Shown piece by piece: positions 37,036 to 47,224 of a stretch of 64,000 nt of DNA. This DNA is from Candidatus Sericytochromatia bacterium (GTDB lineage Bacteria > Cyanobacteriota > Sericytochromatia > UBA7694), in assembly GCA_018780035.1 (NCBI GenBank), contig JADMKE010000021.1, positions 27,844 through 91,843 on the forward strand, given 5' to 3'. A program made the position numbers and the translations under genes. Positions within the stretch are counted from its first letter, which is position 1, and every line of letters begins with the position of its first letter. The notes beneath the pieces were generated by a model. It was not told the origin of the DNA and ran no database searches. It saw nothing but the letters and a program-made list of their open reading frames with translations.

Positions 37036-38214
37036 ATGAAATTCAGTCAACTCAAAAAAACCGCATTGCTTTCGGCACTGATGGCCGCCTCTTTTGCCGC
37101 CGGGGTCACCCTTCAGCCCGTTTTAGCTGAATCTGGCGGTTTCCGCGTTTTTCTCGAAGTGTATGATTTGGTCAAAATGGAGTATGTCGAGAAAAAAGTA
37201 GACGACCAGAAATTGGTCAAAGGCGCGATCGATGGCATGTTAAGCATGTTGGACGATCCCTATACCCGCTATATCGCCCCTGACGAATTTAAACAGATGA
37301 ACGAAGAGCGCGAGGGCAGCTTCAGCGGCATTGGTATCCAAATTGGCACCCGCGACAATAAGCTGACCGTGATTGCCCCCATCGAAGATACCCCCGCATG
37401 GCGGGCCGGTCTTAAAGCCGGAGACTGGATCAAGGCGATTGATGGCAAAAATACCGAGACCATGGTCGTGGATGACGCCGTTAAATTGATTCGTGGCAAA
37501 GAGGGTACGGCAATCAAGCTCCTGATCTACCGCGAAGACAGCAAAAAGACCTTGGATATTTCCGTTACCCGCGGAAAAATCGAAAACAAAGTCGTTAAAT
37601 ACAAGATGATCAAAAACAATATTGGCTATCTGCGTTTAACGACATTTATGCAGAATAATTCCCCAGAAGAAATGAAAAATGCAATTAATGAGCTAAAAAA
37701 ACAGGGAATGTCGGCATTGATTTTTGATATTCGCAGCAATCCGGGCGGTCTCTTGCCCAATGCTGTAGATATTGGCAGCCTTTTTGTCAGCGAAGGACCG
37801 ATCGTGCGGATTGTCGATCGCGATGGCAAAGAAGAAAAACTCAATGCCAGCGGACGAATTGCCCTGGATAAAAACACCCCCATGGCTGTTTTGATCGATG
37901 GTGGCAGTGCCAGTGCCTCTGAAATTGTGGCCGGCACACTCAAAGACAATCAACGTGCTATTTTGATTGGCACACGCACCTTCGGCAAAGGTTTGGTTCA
38001 AACCGTACACAACCTCAGCAACGGCTCAGGGATTGCAATTACCACCAATAAGTACCTCACGACCAAAGGCACGGATATCAACAAAAAAGGCATTGATCCC
38101 GATGTCCTGGTGACCGTTCCCAAAGAAGTGCTCGACAAACCCTATTCTGAGAGCCTCGATGTACAATTGCAAAAAGCAATTGAATTGATGAGTGAACGGA
38201 TCGCCGCAAAATAA
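37036..38214 (+). CDS. ctpA: carboxyl-terminal processing protease (S41) with PDZ domain
   Basis: Signal peptide from the ATG at 37036. S41 Ser/Lys catalytic region ([12 protein letters not shown]...TFGKG). Confidence 0.9.
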   Translation: MKFSQLKKTALLSALMAASFAAGVTLQPVLAESGGFRVFLEVYDLVKMEYVEKKVDDQKLVKGAIDGMLSMLDDPYTRYIAPDEFKQMNEEREGSFSGIGIQIGTRDNKLTVIAPIEDTPAWRAGLKAGDWIKAIDGKNTETMVVDDAVKLIRGKEGTAIKLLIYREDSKKTLDISVTRGKIENKVVKYKMIKNNIGYLRLTTFMQNNSPEEMKNAINELKKQGMSALIFDIRSNPGGLLPNAVDIGSLFVSEGPIVRIVDRDGKEEKLNASGRIALDKNTPMAVLIDGGSASASEIVAGTLKDNQRAILIGTRTFGKGLVQTVHNLSNGSGIAITTNKYLTTKGTDINKKGIDPDVLVTVPKEVLDKPYSESLDVQLQKAIELMSERIAAK

Positions 38215-38660
38215 TGCGTCTGGTGCTGCAAAGAGTCTCTTATGGTGCTGTGCGCGTCGAAGAACAACTCGTGGGAGAGGTCAAAGGCCCCGGATTGGTT
38301 TTATTGGTGGGCATAGGCCCCAACGATCACAGTGATGAATTGCGCTTTTGGGCTCAGAAATGTATCAATTTACGGGTATTTCCAGACGAGGAAGGCAAAA
38401 TGAACCGCTCCCTGCTGGAGATTGGCGGAGGGGTTTTGGCCGTTTCGCAATTTACGCTCTATGGCGATGCCCGCAAAGGCCGCCGCCCCGGTTTTTCAGG
38501 GGCAGCTCAACCTGAACTGGCCGCGCGGCTCTACGATGAATTTGTGGGCTATTTGCGCGAAACCGGCGTGCCCGTGGCCACCGGTATTTTTCAGGCCCAT
38601 ATGGACGTCGAAATCCACAACGATGGGCCCGTGACCCTCTTACTTGGCAGTGACTGTTAA
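38214..38660 (+). CDS. dtd: D-aminoacyl-tRNA deacylase
   Basis: MRLVLQRV...SQFTLYGD...NDGPVT match the Dtd motifs. The TAATG overlap is with the ctpA stop. Confidence 0.9.
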   Translation: MRLVLQRVSYGAVRVEEQLVGEVKGPGLVLLVGIGPNDHSDELRFWAQKCINLRVFPDEEGKMNRSLLEIGGGVLAVSQFTLYGDARKGRRPGFSGAAQPELAARLYDEFVGYLRETGVPVATGIFQAHMDVEIHNDGPVTLLLGSDC

Positions 38661-39819
38661 ATTCCGTCTCCATCTGCCATTTTTACTGCCCTTACTGGCC
38701 GGTATGCTCTTCGCTTTTCTGGCTGGGCTCAATCTGCCTCGGGCAGAAGCAGGTCTGAGCCGTGAAATGGCCAGTTTGCAGGAATTGGCACAGATTCTGC
38801 AGCAGAAACCACTCAAAGCGTTATCCGAGGCCAGCCTGTGGCAAGCAGCCACACGTGGTATGTTGGCCAGCCTGGGAGACCCCTATAGCTATTATTTAAA
38901 TGTGCAGGAATACACCGAAATCAAACAGCTCAAGACGGGCGAAGTCGCAGGTATTGGCATTGAGGTGGGGGTTCAAAACGGTGAATTAAAGGTGATCAGT
39001 GCACTCGATCATTCCCCCGCCTGGAAAGCCGGTTTACAAGCGGGAGACCTGATACGCAAAATCGAAGCAAAGAGCACGGCCCAATTGAGTTTTGCAGAGT
39101 CTTTGCAATTATTGCAGGGGGAAACGCAGACCTGGGTTCAATTGGAAATTGAGCGCCCCCCGAGCCTCACCCGCTTTAATCTGCGTATACAACGCGAAAT
39201 TCTCGATCTCAATCCTGTGCGCTATCAAATGCTGCCCAATCAAATCGGTTATATTCGCCTCAATTCTTTTTTTTCAGATCAGGTACCGGAATCAATGCAA
39301 ACAGCCCTAACAGCCTTAGATGAAGCCGGCATGCGGGCCTTGATCTTGGATTTGCGTAACAATCCGGGGGGCACGCTTAGCAATGCCATCGAAGTCTGCA
39401 GCTTGTTTTTGCCCCAAGGCAATGTGGTGCGGGTGGTTGATCGGGAAAATCAAGAGACCTTGCACACTGTCACAGGTTTGCCACTTTTGGATTCTGGCAA
39501 AGAATTGGTGCTTTTGGTCAATCAGGGCACTGCCAGTGCAGCAGAAATCGTGGCAGGCAGCCTGCAAGAACAGGGACGGGCCGTTTTACTCGGCAAAAAG
39601 ACCTTTGGCAAGGGTCTGGTTCAAAGTCTTCAGAGTTTATCAGATGATTCGGGGCTTTCACTGACAACGAGCAAATATCTCACGGCCTTTGGTCAAGCGG
39701 TACATGGAAAAGGGATCGAACCCGATCTCGAAGTTGAATTGCAAACGGGCGTTCAACAGGGCTCAGAGCAAGACACCCAGCTTCAAAGCGCTTTGGCCTT
39801 TGTCCAAGACGCACTTTAA
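38644..39819 (+). CDS. second carboxyl-terminal processing protease (S41) with PDZ domain
   Basis: Paralogous layout to ctpA ([13 protein letters not shown]...TFGKG). A TTG/GTG start overlaps the dtd 3' end. Confidence 0.85.
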   Translation: MAVTVKFRLHLPFLLPLLAGMLFAFLAGLNLPRAEAGLSREMASLQELAQILQQKPLKALSEASLWQAATRGMLASLGDPYSYYLNVQEYTEIKQLKTGEVAGIGIEVGVQNGELKVISALDHSPAWKAGLQAGDLIRKIEAKSTAQLSFAESLQLLQGETQTWVQLEIERPPSLTRFNLRIQREILDLNPVRYQMLPNQIGYIRLNSFFSDQVPESMQTALTALDEAGMRALILDLRNNPGGTLSNAIEVCSLFLPQGNVVRVVDRENQETLHTVTGLPLLDSGKELVLLVNQGTASAAEIVAGSLQEQGRAVLLGKKTFGKGLVQSLQSLSDDSGLSLTTSKYLTAFGQAVHGKGIEPDLEVELQTGVQQGSEQDTQLQSALAFVQDAL

Positions 39820-39933
39820 AACTTGAAGACAAGTTAAACAAAGAATATTTTTCACTTAACTTTATTAAGGTCAGAAAGACCTGTCTGCAGCGATAACCAA
39901 GGTATCCCCGATCAACGTAGAGGTGTTCTAGAG

Positions 39934-41235
39934 ATGTTTCAGAAAGTCAAAACTCTGTTTGCCGCCACATTGCCGCTTTTACTCAGCTTAACCGCCTGTT
40001 CAGGCCAGGTGCCCCTGGGTTTGAACCCCGCCAATAATCCAGCAACACTCACTCGCTTTTCTCAACCGTTGAGACCCGTCAAAGCCCAATTGCCACCCGC
40101 CCGTGGCGAACGCCCCGTGACCATGCTCTCTTATATTGCCATGGATGACAACCTCTCCCAAGCCGGTGCTCTGATGCTGGATGCCATGGAGCAAAGTGTC
40201 AGTGAACGCGGCTATTATCTGGCCTTCGCCGATTTACAGGGTCCCGATAATTCTTTCTTGGCTTATCTCATGAACGATGGCAAACCTCAGCAAATTGGTT
40301 CTGCGGTCTCTTATCTCACGCCCAAAACCAAAGAAGTTGATTCCAATGATCCTGCAACCCTCTCCCAGACCATCAATTGGGCCTTTTCAAATTATCCCGG
40401 CAAAGTCAAAATTTTTGACATCCTCGCCCATGGTGGTGGCTATTTTGGCATTGGCACCGATGATCACAAGGTCAGCGCCAATCCCCGCGAAATTATGAGT
40501 GTTGGCGATTTTGGCACGGCTGTGCGCCAGGGCCTCAAAGGCCGTCAATTTGATGTCATGAACTTTCTCTCCTGTTTGATGGGCAATGTCGAAGCCATGT
40601 ATGAATTGCGCGATCTGGCCAAAGTGGTGATTGCCTCCGAAGACAGCGTGTCGGCCACCCAAGACACCGTGGTAAATTTTACCCGTGAATTGACCCGCCT
40701 CTCCGCCCAGCCCCTGAGCCCCCAACAAATTGGCGCCCAAATGGTGGCATTTGCCGACGTGCGCAATCCGCAACACGGCTATTTTTCACTCGCGGCCCTG
40801 GATATGCGCTATATGGGCGAATTCAAAACCAGCATGAACGTGCTCAGCAATACCCTGATCCGCGCTCTGCCCGCTCACAAGGCCCAAATTCTGGCCGCCT
40901 ACGATCAGGTGCCTGAATTGGTGAATTCCCCCAATACCGGCCAGCGCGATCTGATCACCTTCTTGAACAATCTGCTGCGCCTGGTGCCCAATCAAGCGGT
41001 TCAACAATCTGCACTGAGCGTCAAACAGGTGTTGAAAAAACGCCTGATGATCGCAGCCAAAGACAAAGAGGGCATTGCCGCCAACGGCCTGTCGATCTTC
41101 TTGCCCCCTTCCAAAGTGGGCCCCACACAAATGCCTCCCGATTTTGGTATGATCTCCAATACCGGCTATTTCAAAAGCCGTTTTGCCAGAGAGACCAGCT
41201 GGGATCAATTTATTGCTGCTCTGCTCAAACCTTAA
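39934..41235 (+). CDS. lipoprotein, possible clostripain-like (C11) cysteine peptidase
   Basis: Lipobox LSLTACSG. His (ILAHGGGYFG) and Cys (FLSCLMGN) spaced as in C11 His-Gly...Cys dyads. Confidence 0.45.
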   Translation: MFQKVKTLFAATLPLLLSLTACSGQVPLGLNPANNPATLTRFSQPLRPVKAQLPPARGERPVTMLSYIAMDDNLSQAGALMLDAMEQSVSERGYYLAFADLQGPDNSFLAYLMNDGKPQQIGSAVSYLTPKTKEVDSNDPATLSQTINWAFSNYPGKVKIFDILAHGGGYFGIGTDDHKVSANPREIMSVGDFGTAVRQGLKGRQFDVMNFLSCLMGNVEAMYELRDLAKVVIASEDSVSATQDTVVNFTRELTRLSAQPLSPQQIGAQMVAFADVRNPQHGYFSLAALDMRYMGEFKTSMNVLSNTLIRALPAHKAQILAAYDQVPELVNSPNTGQRDLITFLNNLLRLVPNQAVQQSALSVKQVLKKRLMIAAKDKEGIAANGLSIFLPPSKVGPTQMPPDFGMISNTGYFKSRFARETSWDQFIAALLKP

Positions 41236-41324
41236 TTGAGTTTGCGCAAGTTCAAAACATAATGAAGCAAAAGCCCCGCTCGTTCGCGGGGCTTTGTGAT
41301 TGAGAGTGGTTTGGCAGAACTAAA

Positions 41325-42683
41325 CTAATCCGTTAAAGACCAAGCCTCTCCGATTTGAATCACCCGCTGCTCTTGTCTCAACTTCAGCAAATGGGCTTGC
41401 AGTGAGCGACGGGCCAGGGGCCAAGCCCGCGAATCGGTATCCACGTAAACCTGTTCGAGCAATGCCCTTTCAGCCAGTGGACCAGAAGCCAAAGCTGCAA
41501 GCACTTTTTCTTCGCGATTGAGGCGGTGCCTATAATACTGCCGACAACTGGCGGAGGGGTCTTGTAAAATCGGTCCATGTGAGGGAATCGCTGAGTGAAG
41601 CTGGGCTGCCTCTAGTTTTTTGAGTGAGTCCAAATACTGCCCCATATCCCCATCTGAGGGATCAATCAAAATTGAGCCAATCCCCGCCAACATGTCTCCG
41701 ACATGGGCCACACGGTGGCGCAGGTCGATCAGACAGAGATGGCCGGGGGCGTGGCCGGGCGTAAACAGGGCCTCAACGTCCCAGCTCTGACCCGTGGCAG
41801 GATCTGCGCCCAATTGCCAGCGAAAGCCATCGGAAATCTCCTGGCTGATTTCCAATTGGCCTGTCAATAGCGCAGAGGTCTGGGCGTGGGCCTGGATGGG
41901 CAGTTCCAATGCCTCACTCAAAGCACGGGCACCGCTGACATGATCGACATGGTGATGCGTCAAAACAATGGCGACAGGCCTATCCCCCCGCGCCTGACGG
42001 GCCGCAATTCGCGCTTGCAGCAAGGCCTGTTCTTCGGGATAGGGCGAAGCCGGATCGACAATCAAAAATTGGGGCCCGCCGATCAGGGCACAATTGGTAT
42101 GGGTGGCAGGCAGCAAAGTGGGCGTACGCAGTGGAATCACCTCAATCCCTGGATGCAGTTCTAAATCGGAATAGAGATGCTCACGATCATTTTCCAGATT
42201 TTTGAGGGCCGAGAGATCCAGCCCCGAGACTGCCAATTCTGCCAAAATCCCACGGATCGGGGGAGGCAGTCGCAATAGCCCCCTTTGCCAGCGTTGCAGC
42301 AAAGCTGCAGGTTCAATCCAAATTGCCTCCGACAACTCCGGGCTCAACACCCCCAGAGGCATGGCTTCGGGCAGTTCATGCAAAAAATAGCGGGTCTCAA
42401 AGCGCTTGGGCGAAAAGGGGGGGGTGACCCGCCAACCCAGGTCATGGATTTTGGCCTGAACATCAATCACTATCCCCACTTCTTCAGCAGTTTCGCGCAG
42501 GGCACAGCTCAAAAAGGACCCCAACTCCGATTCAGGCCCATCTTCGGGATCAAGTTTGCCCCCCGGAAAGGTCCAATGGTCGGGAAAACTGCGCTGATCT
42601 GAGGCCCGCTTGCCAATCAAGACCTGCAAACGGGGCTGCTGTGCAACCAAAATGAGGAGGGCGGCAGGGATAAAATCAGGCAT
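41325..42683 (-). CDS. Nudix hydrolase fused to metallo-beta-lactamase-fold hydrolase
   Basis: Nudix box GGKLDPEDGPESELGSFLSCALRETAEEVG. MBL motif LTHHHVDHVSG. The ATG at 42683 overlaps the kinase stop by 8 nt; an alternative start lies at 42728. Confidence 0.75.
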   Translation of the reverse strand: MPDFIPAALLILVAQQPRLQVLIGKRASDQRSFPDHWTFPGGKLDPEDGPESELGSFLSCALRETAEEVGIVIDVQAKIHDLGWRVTPPFSPKRFETRYFLHELPEAMPLGVLSPELSEAIWIEPAALLQRWQRGLLRLPPPIRGILAELAVSGLDLSALKNLENDREHLYSDLELHPGIEVIPLRTPTLLPATHTNCALIGGPQFLIVDPASPYPEEQALLQARIAARQARGDRPVAIVLTHHHVDHVSGARALSEALELPIQAHAQTSALLTGQLEISQEISDGFRWQLGADPATGQSWDVEALFTPGHAPGHLCLIDLRHRVAHVGDMLAGIGSILIDPSDGDMGQYLDSLKKLEAAQLHSAIPSHGPILQDPSASCRQYYRHRLNREEKVLAALASGPLAERALLEQVYVDTDSRAWPLARRSLQAHLLKLRQEQRVIQIGEAWSLTD

Positions 42684-45024
42684 CCACCGGCAAAGAGGGG
42701 GCCATGAGTTGTACACCACCATTTTCATTAAACTGGGCCAAAAACAGGAAGTAGCCTTTGTTCCAACCCATTTTCACAAAACCCCTTTCGCTTTCACCCA
42801 TGCCAAACAAACCGGGTTTGCCTGTCAATTGATTGAACTTGGCCAAAACGCCCGCAGACAGAGGCTGATAGGCCACCAGCATGGCAGCCTGAATATCGTC
42901 TTGGGCCCGCTCGGTCTTGATCCTGCGAACATCTTCAACCATATTCGAAAGCGTCTCTTCGCTGATCTCGTTTTCAAAGCGAAACAGCGCAGTGAGTTGG
43001 TCCTGATTATTATAGGCCAAAATATCAAAAGTGGCGCTGAAGCTACCCATTTTGACAGGCTGGAGAAATTTGAGCGCTTTAAACTGCCAAGCCCAGGTAA
43101 AACGGCGTTTGAGCGATGAAAACGCCGATGAGCGCGAAAGCCCGTACATAAATTCATACAAGAGCCAATCCACAGCTTTAAAATGATTGGTCTCTTTGAG
43201 AATATCAGAATATTTGATCGTGCGGTTGCCAATTTCAAAGGTCGCATCTTTGGGCAAGATGGTGGTGGTATCGGTATTGCGCAGCGCCTCTTCCATCATT
43301 TCTGAACTGAGTTGTTTTTCTTTGGCTCCGGCATAATGGGCCAAAACAGGGCGGTTGATCGATTTACTCACGATTTGCAACTGGGCTTCAACCAATAATT
43401 TGCGCAAACTCGGTCCGATCAGATTAAAGCGAGGGGCATAAATGCTGAGATCAAAATACTCCCCATCATAATTCCCGGCAGGATAGGGCATCGCGATCGA
43501 AAAGACCTGCTGTCCATCGAGAAAACCCAACCATTTAAGCGTGCGTTTTTCAATCACCTTTAACATGCCACTGAAGCGCTTGGACTTTTGCAATTCAATC
43601 GCTTTGGTCACATCGCCTTTGGAACACATCGGATTGTGCTCCATCAGGGTATGTGCCCCCACCATGATCGCCAGCAACACCAGCCAGGGTTCTTCTTTTT
43701 CCATCGGCATACACTGGGTCATTTCAAACTTCTGCCAAGAGGCCATGTGTTGATAAGCAGCGGGTCCGGATAACTCAGGCTTGTTGACCATGGCACCGAC
43801 GATCAGGCCTTTGTAGATCAAGAGAATCACCGAATTGTTGATGATCAAGCCCTGGCTTTTGCCCTCGTATTTATAAATCGCTTCGAGCATGGTATTGGTG
43901 GTCAGATTTTCGACTTTCCAACCGCGCAAAATGCGCAAGACAGCTGAAAAAGCCGTCGGGTCGTCGATGCCTTCGACCAAATTAAATTCTTTGCTGCGCG
44001 GGGTGGGCGTTCCACTCATGCCCATATTCAGGGTACCCGTACTGAGGGTTGAGGAATTGCCCGTGGACGTGCCTACGCCATATTGGGTGGGTGTATTGTC
44101 GTGATGTTTGACAACATGTTCAATCCCCCGATTGGAATGGCTCAGATCCACGCTGGGCATGGGTGTGCTCTCAAAGCTTGAAGAACCCGTCAACGTTTGC
44201 AAAACGGCCTCTAAATCAGCGGCAAAATCTTTGGCCGTGTCGTAACGCATATCCACGGTTTTGGCCATGGCCTTAAAAATAATCCCATCCAATTCAGCCG
44301 GGATTTGCGGGTTGAGTTCACTCGGACGGGGAGGCTCACTTTGCATGATTTTCATGACAATTTCGCCAATATTGGAGCCGTTATAAGGCAATTGGCCGGT
44401 TAAAATTTCATAAGCGGTCACACCCAAAGAATAGATATCTGCACGTTTGTCGACATCTTTGGGGTTCATCAATTGTTCGGGTGAGATATACAATAAACTG
44501 CCCAAAATCGAACCTGCTTTGGTCAAATCCGACTGGGTAGACTCCAGACGGGCAATCCCAAAATCGGTGAGTTTGGTGGTGCCATTGTCCAAAATGACAA
44601 TATTGGCAGGTTTAATATCGCGGTGAATGATCCCCTGGAAATGGGCAAAGTCCAGCGCGTCACAGGTTTGAATCATCGATTTGATCGCCACAGGCACGGA
44701 AAGAGGTGAGTGAATTTTGAGCAATTGCGCCAGGTTTCGCCCTTGCAAAAACTCCATCACCATATAATAACGGCCTTCATATTCGCCGAAATCAAAAATA
44801 CTGACAATATTGGGATGATTGAGTTTGGCACTGGCTTTGGCCTCACGCTTAAAGCGCTCAATCAATTCGTCTTTGGTCTGTTGCGTCATATTGGGGTCAT
44901 GGGGCAATTCAATCACTTTGATGGCAACATGACGATCCAGACGGGGATCGATGGCATCAAGCACAACACCCATGCCCCCCCGGCCCAGCTCACCCAAAAT
45001 ATCGTATTGTGCTATTTTTTCCAC
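42676..45024 (-). CDS. Ser/Thr protein kinase with large uncharacterised C-terminal domain
   Basis: GELGRGGMGVV...AIKVI...HRDIKPANIVIL...DFGIA are Hanks kinase subdomains. About 480 aa follow with no recognisable motif. Confidence 0.85.
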   Translation of the reverse strand: MEKIAQYDILGELGRGGMGVVLDAIDPRLDRHVAIKVIELPHDPNMTQQTKDELIERFKREAKASAKLNHPNIVSIFDFGEYEGRYYMVMEFLQGRNLAQLLKIHSPLSVPVAIKSMIQTCDALDFAHFQGIIHRDIKPANIVILDNGTTKLTDFGIARLESTQSDLTKAGSILGSLLYISPEQLMNPKDVDKRADIYSLGVTAYEILTGQLPYNGSNIGEIVMKIMQSEPPRPSELNPQIPAELDGIIFKAMAKTVDMRYDTAKDFAADLEAVLQTLTGSSSFESTPMPSVDLSHSNRGIEHVVKHHDNTPTQYGVGTSTGNSSTLSTGTLNMGMSGTPTPRSKEFNLVEGIDDPTAFSAVLRILRGWKVENLTTNTMLEAIYKYEGKSQGLIINNSVILLIYKGLIVGAMVNKPELSGPAAYQHMASWQKFEMTQCMPMEKEEPWLVLLAIMVGAHTLMEHNPMCSKGDVTKAIELQKSKRFSGMLKVIEKRTLKWLGFLDGQQVFSIAMPYPAGNYDGEYFDLSIYAPRFNLIGPSLRKLLVEAQLQIVSKSINRPVLAHYAGAKEKQLSSEMMEEALRNTDTTTILPKDATFEIGNRTIKYSDILKETNHFKAVDWLLYEFMYGLSRSSAFSSLKRRFTWAWQFKALKFLQPVKMGSFSATFDILAYNNQDQLTALFRFENEISEETLSNMVEDVRRIKTERAQDDIQAAMLVAYQPLSAGVLAKFNQLTGKPGLFGMGESERGFVKMGWNKGYFLFLAQFNENGGVQLMAPSLPVDA

Positions 45025-45030
45025 GCTAGA

Positions 45031-47094
45031 TTACTTCCACTGAGTTTCTTGTGTGCCTTTGACCCACTTGGTATCGCGAATTTCGGTAGCCGCACCCGCT
45101 TCGTCTTTCCAACCCAGGACCTCAAAAACCGACACGGTTTCTTCTTTGCCCTTGACTTTCGCATTGCCACAGTGGCGAGCATTGACACGATCTTTGACCA
45201 AATCATAGGTGTTTTGGCTGATCAAAATGCTGGAATTAAACTCTTTATTCAGGCCTTCAAGCCGCGCGGCGGTATTAACAGCATCCCCAATCACGGTATA
45301 GTCCATTTTTTGCGGAGAGCCAAAATTGCCCACCAGGGCTTCTCCCGTATTGATGCCAATGCGGATTTGCAGGGGCACCATGCCTTCAGAAAGCCATTTT
45401 TCGCGCAAATGCGCCAAAGTACGCTGCATTTGAATCGATGTATTTACAGCTTTATAAGCATCGGTTTTGGGATTACTCGACCCCACATTGCCCCAAATCG
45501 CCATAACAGCATCGCCGATGTATTTATCCAAGGTGCCATCATTGCTGAAGACGATTTCACTCATCGCGGTCAGGTATTCATTCAAAATATGCTCGACCTC
45601 ATCGGGTGGCAGGCTTTCAGACATTGAGGTAAAACCAGCAATATCGGAGAAGAGAACGCTGACCATGCGGCGCTCACTTTTGAGGCTGGGCATCGTAGAG
45701 GGATCTTTGAGCAATTCTTCGACCAATTTGGGCGAGACGTACGACTTAAAGAATTTGCGAATGCGCCGTTTTTCCCGCTCTTCAACCAGGTAACGATAGG
45801 CATAACTCACGGTATAACTGCCTACCATCGCCACCATGGGTGCAAACCAATCAATAAACAGGCGTTGAAAATTAAAGAAATAGACATTAAAAACAGAATA
45901 AGCCGCCATTAGACCGATCACCATCGCCAGTCCACCCAGCGGCCCCAAGAACGAAAGTCCCAAAGCAGTCACCACAGCAAAAGCCAGAATTAAAAGATAA
46001 TTCAGACTGCTGGGCGCTTGGATATACGGATTGTCCTGGCGCAGGGTTTCAAAAAGATTGGCGTGGACCTCAACCCCCGGCATTTTGGTTGAACCCGCAG
46101 AGACAAAAGGCGCATTTTTATTGTCTTGCAAAATCTCCGCCGAAGCACCGATCAGGACAATTTTATTTTTAAAAAAGTCTTTGGGGCGTTGTTTGACCAA
46201 TTGCTGAAAGTAATTATCGTCAAAGCCCGGCTGGCCAAGTTTGTGAACAATATAATAAGACAGCGTTTTAAAGCTCTGAGGGGGACCCGCAAAATTGATC
46301 CAAAGGGGTTGATCCGCGTATTTGTCGATCAGGGCATCCGCTTTTTTGGGGTCGAGCTGACGCAGCATGCTCAGGGTAAAATGCGGTTCATACTTTTTTC
46401 GCAGGGTCATGGCCGTCGGCAAAAGCTGTTCTGTTTCCAGATTATAGACAATCTGCGCACGGCGAATCTGATTGTCAACCATCCCTTCATCGACATTGGC
46501 AAAACCAAACTTGGCATCAGACTCAAAGATCGGGGGGCTATAAGAAGCAGATTCAGTGGTATCCACGGATTGTTCATCGTTCCCCCCACTGGCACCTGAG
46601 CCGCTGATCCGAGAGGTCGAGCCAAATTCAAATTTGCTGACAACCACAGTTTTATCGGCATGTTTGGCCAAAGTCTGTTTCAGGGCGGCATCTGCTTCGG
46701 GAAACTGGGAGGGGGTTAAAAACATAATATCAAAGGCAACCAACTTGGCTCCGAGGGCGATCAGTTTCTCGGCGACGCGGGCATGCACATCCCGCCGCCA
46801 GGGATAGGGACCAACTTCTTCGAGAGAGGCTTCGTCCATGGCCAAAATGACCACATCATCGGGGGTGGGGCGCGTGCCCCTGAAGGTTTCAAAGCGGGTA
46901 TTGTAAAGCATCAACTCGACCTGTTTAAAGGTCGGCATTTTTTCATTTGCGGCCAGGAACAGACCGCCCACCAAAAGACCAATTCCCAAATTGATCAAAA
47001 TCCGTTTCCAGAGCATAGACGCATCCTCGCTGCTTAAGCCATTGTTCTCAGCATTGTAACACACCCAAAGTCTCAGCTCTGTGAGCCAGTTCAT
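45031..47094 (-). CDS. CHASE2 sensor domain-containing class III adenylate/guanylate cyclase
   Basis: Periplasmic CHASE2-like region, TM helices, and a C-terminal cyclase homology domain (VLFSDIAGFTSMSE...GDAVMAIWG...GINTGEALVGNFG). The start may be the internal Met at 47016. Confidence 0.85.
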   Translation of the reverse strand: MNWLTELRLWVCYNAENNGLSSEDASMLWKRILINLGIGLLVGGLFLAANEKMPTFKQVELMLYNTRFETFRGTRPTPDDVVILAMDEASLEEVGPYPWRRDVHARVAEKLIALGAKLVAFDIMFLTPSQFPEADAALKQTLAKHADKTVVVSKFEFGSTSRISGSGASGGNDEQSVDTTESASYSPPIFESDAKFGFANVDEGMVDNQIRRAQIVYNLETEQLLPTAMTLRKKYEPHFTLSMLRQLDPKKADALIDKYADQPLWINFAGPPQSFKTLSYYIVHKLGQPGFDDNYFQQLVKQRPKDFFKNKIVLIGASAEILQDNKNAPFVSAGSTKMPGVEVHANLFETLRQDNPYIQAPSSLNYLLILAFAVVTALGLSFLGPLGGLAMVIGLMAAYSVFNVYFFNFQRLFIDWFAPMVAMVGSYTVSYAYRYLVEEREKRRIRKFFKSYVSPKLVEELLKDPSTMPSLKSERRMVSVLFSDIAGFTSMSESLPPDEVEHILNEYLTAMSEIVFSNDGTLDKYIGDAVMAIWGNVGSSNPKTDAYKAVNTSIQMQRTLAHLREKWLSEGMVPLQIRIGINTGEALVGNFGSPQKMDYTVIGDAVNTAARLEGLNKEFNSSILISQNTYDLVKDRVNARHCGNAKVKGKEETVSVFEVLGWKDEAGAATEIRDTKWVKGTQETQWK

Positions 47095-47224
47095 CGATTT
47101 TGTCGAATTTGGGACAATTATTTGTGGCCAAATTGCATTAAAAATGATTTAAATTTTTTAAGCCTTTTGATAATTTCTGATGATTTGTGGAATAGAGTTA
47201 AGAGAGTAGACGAAAAATCAAGGG

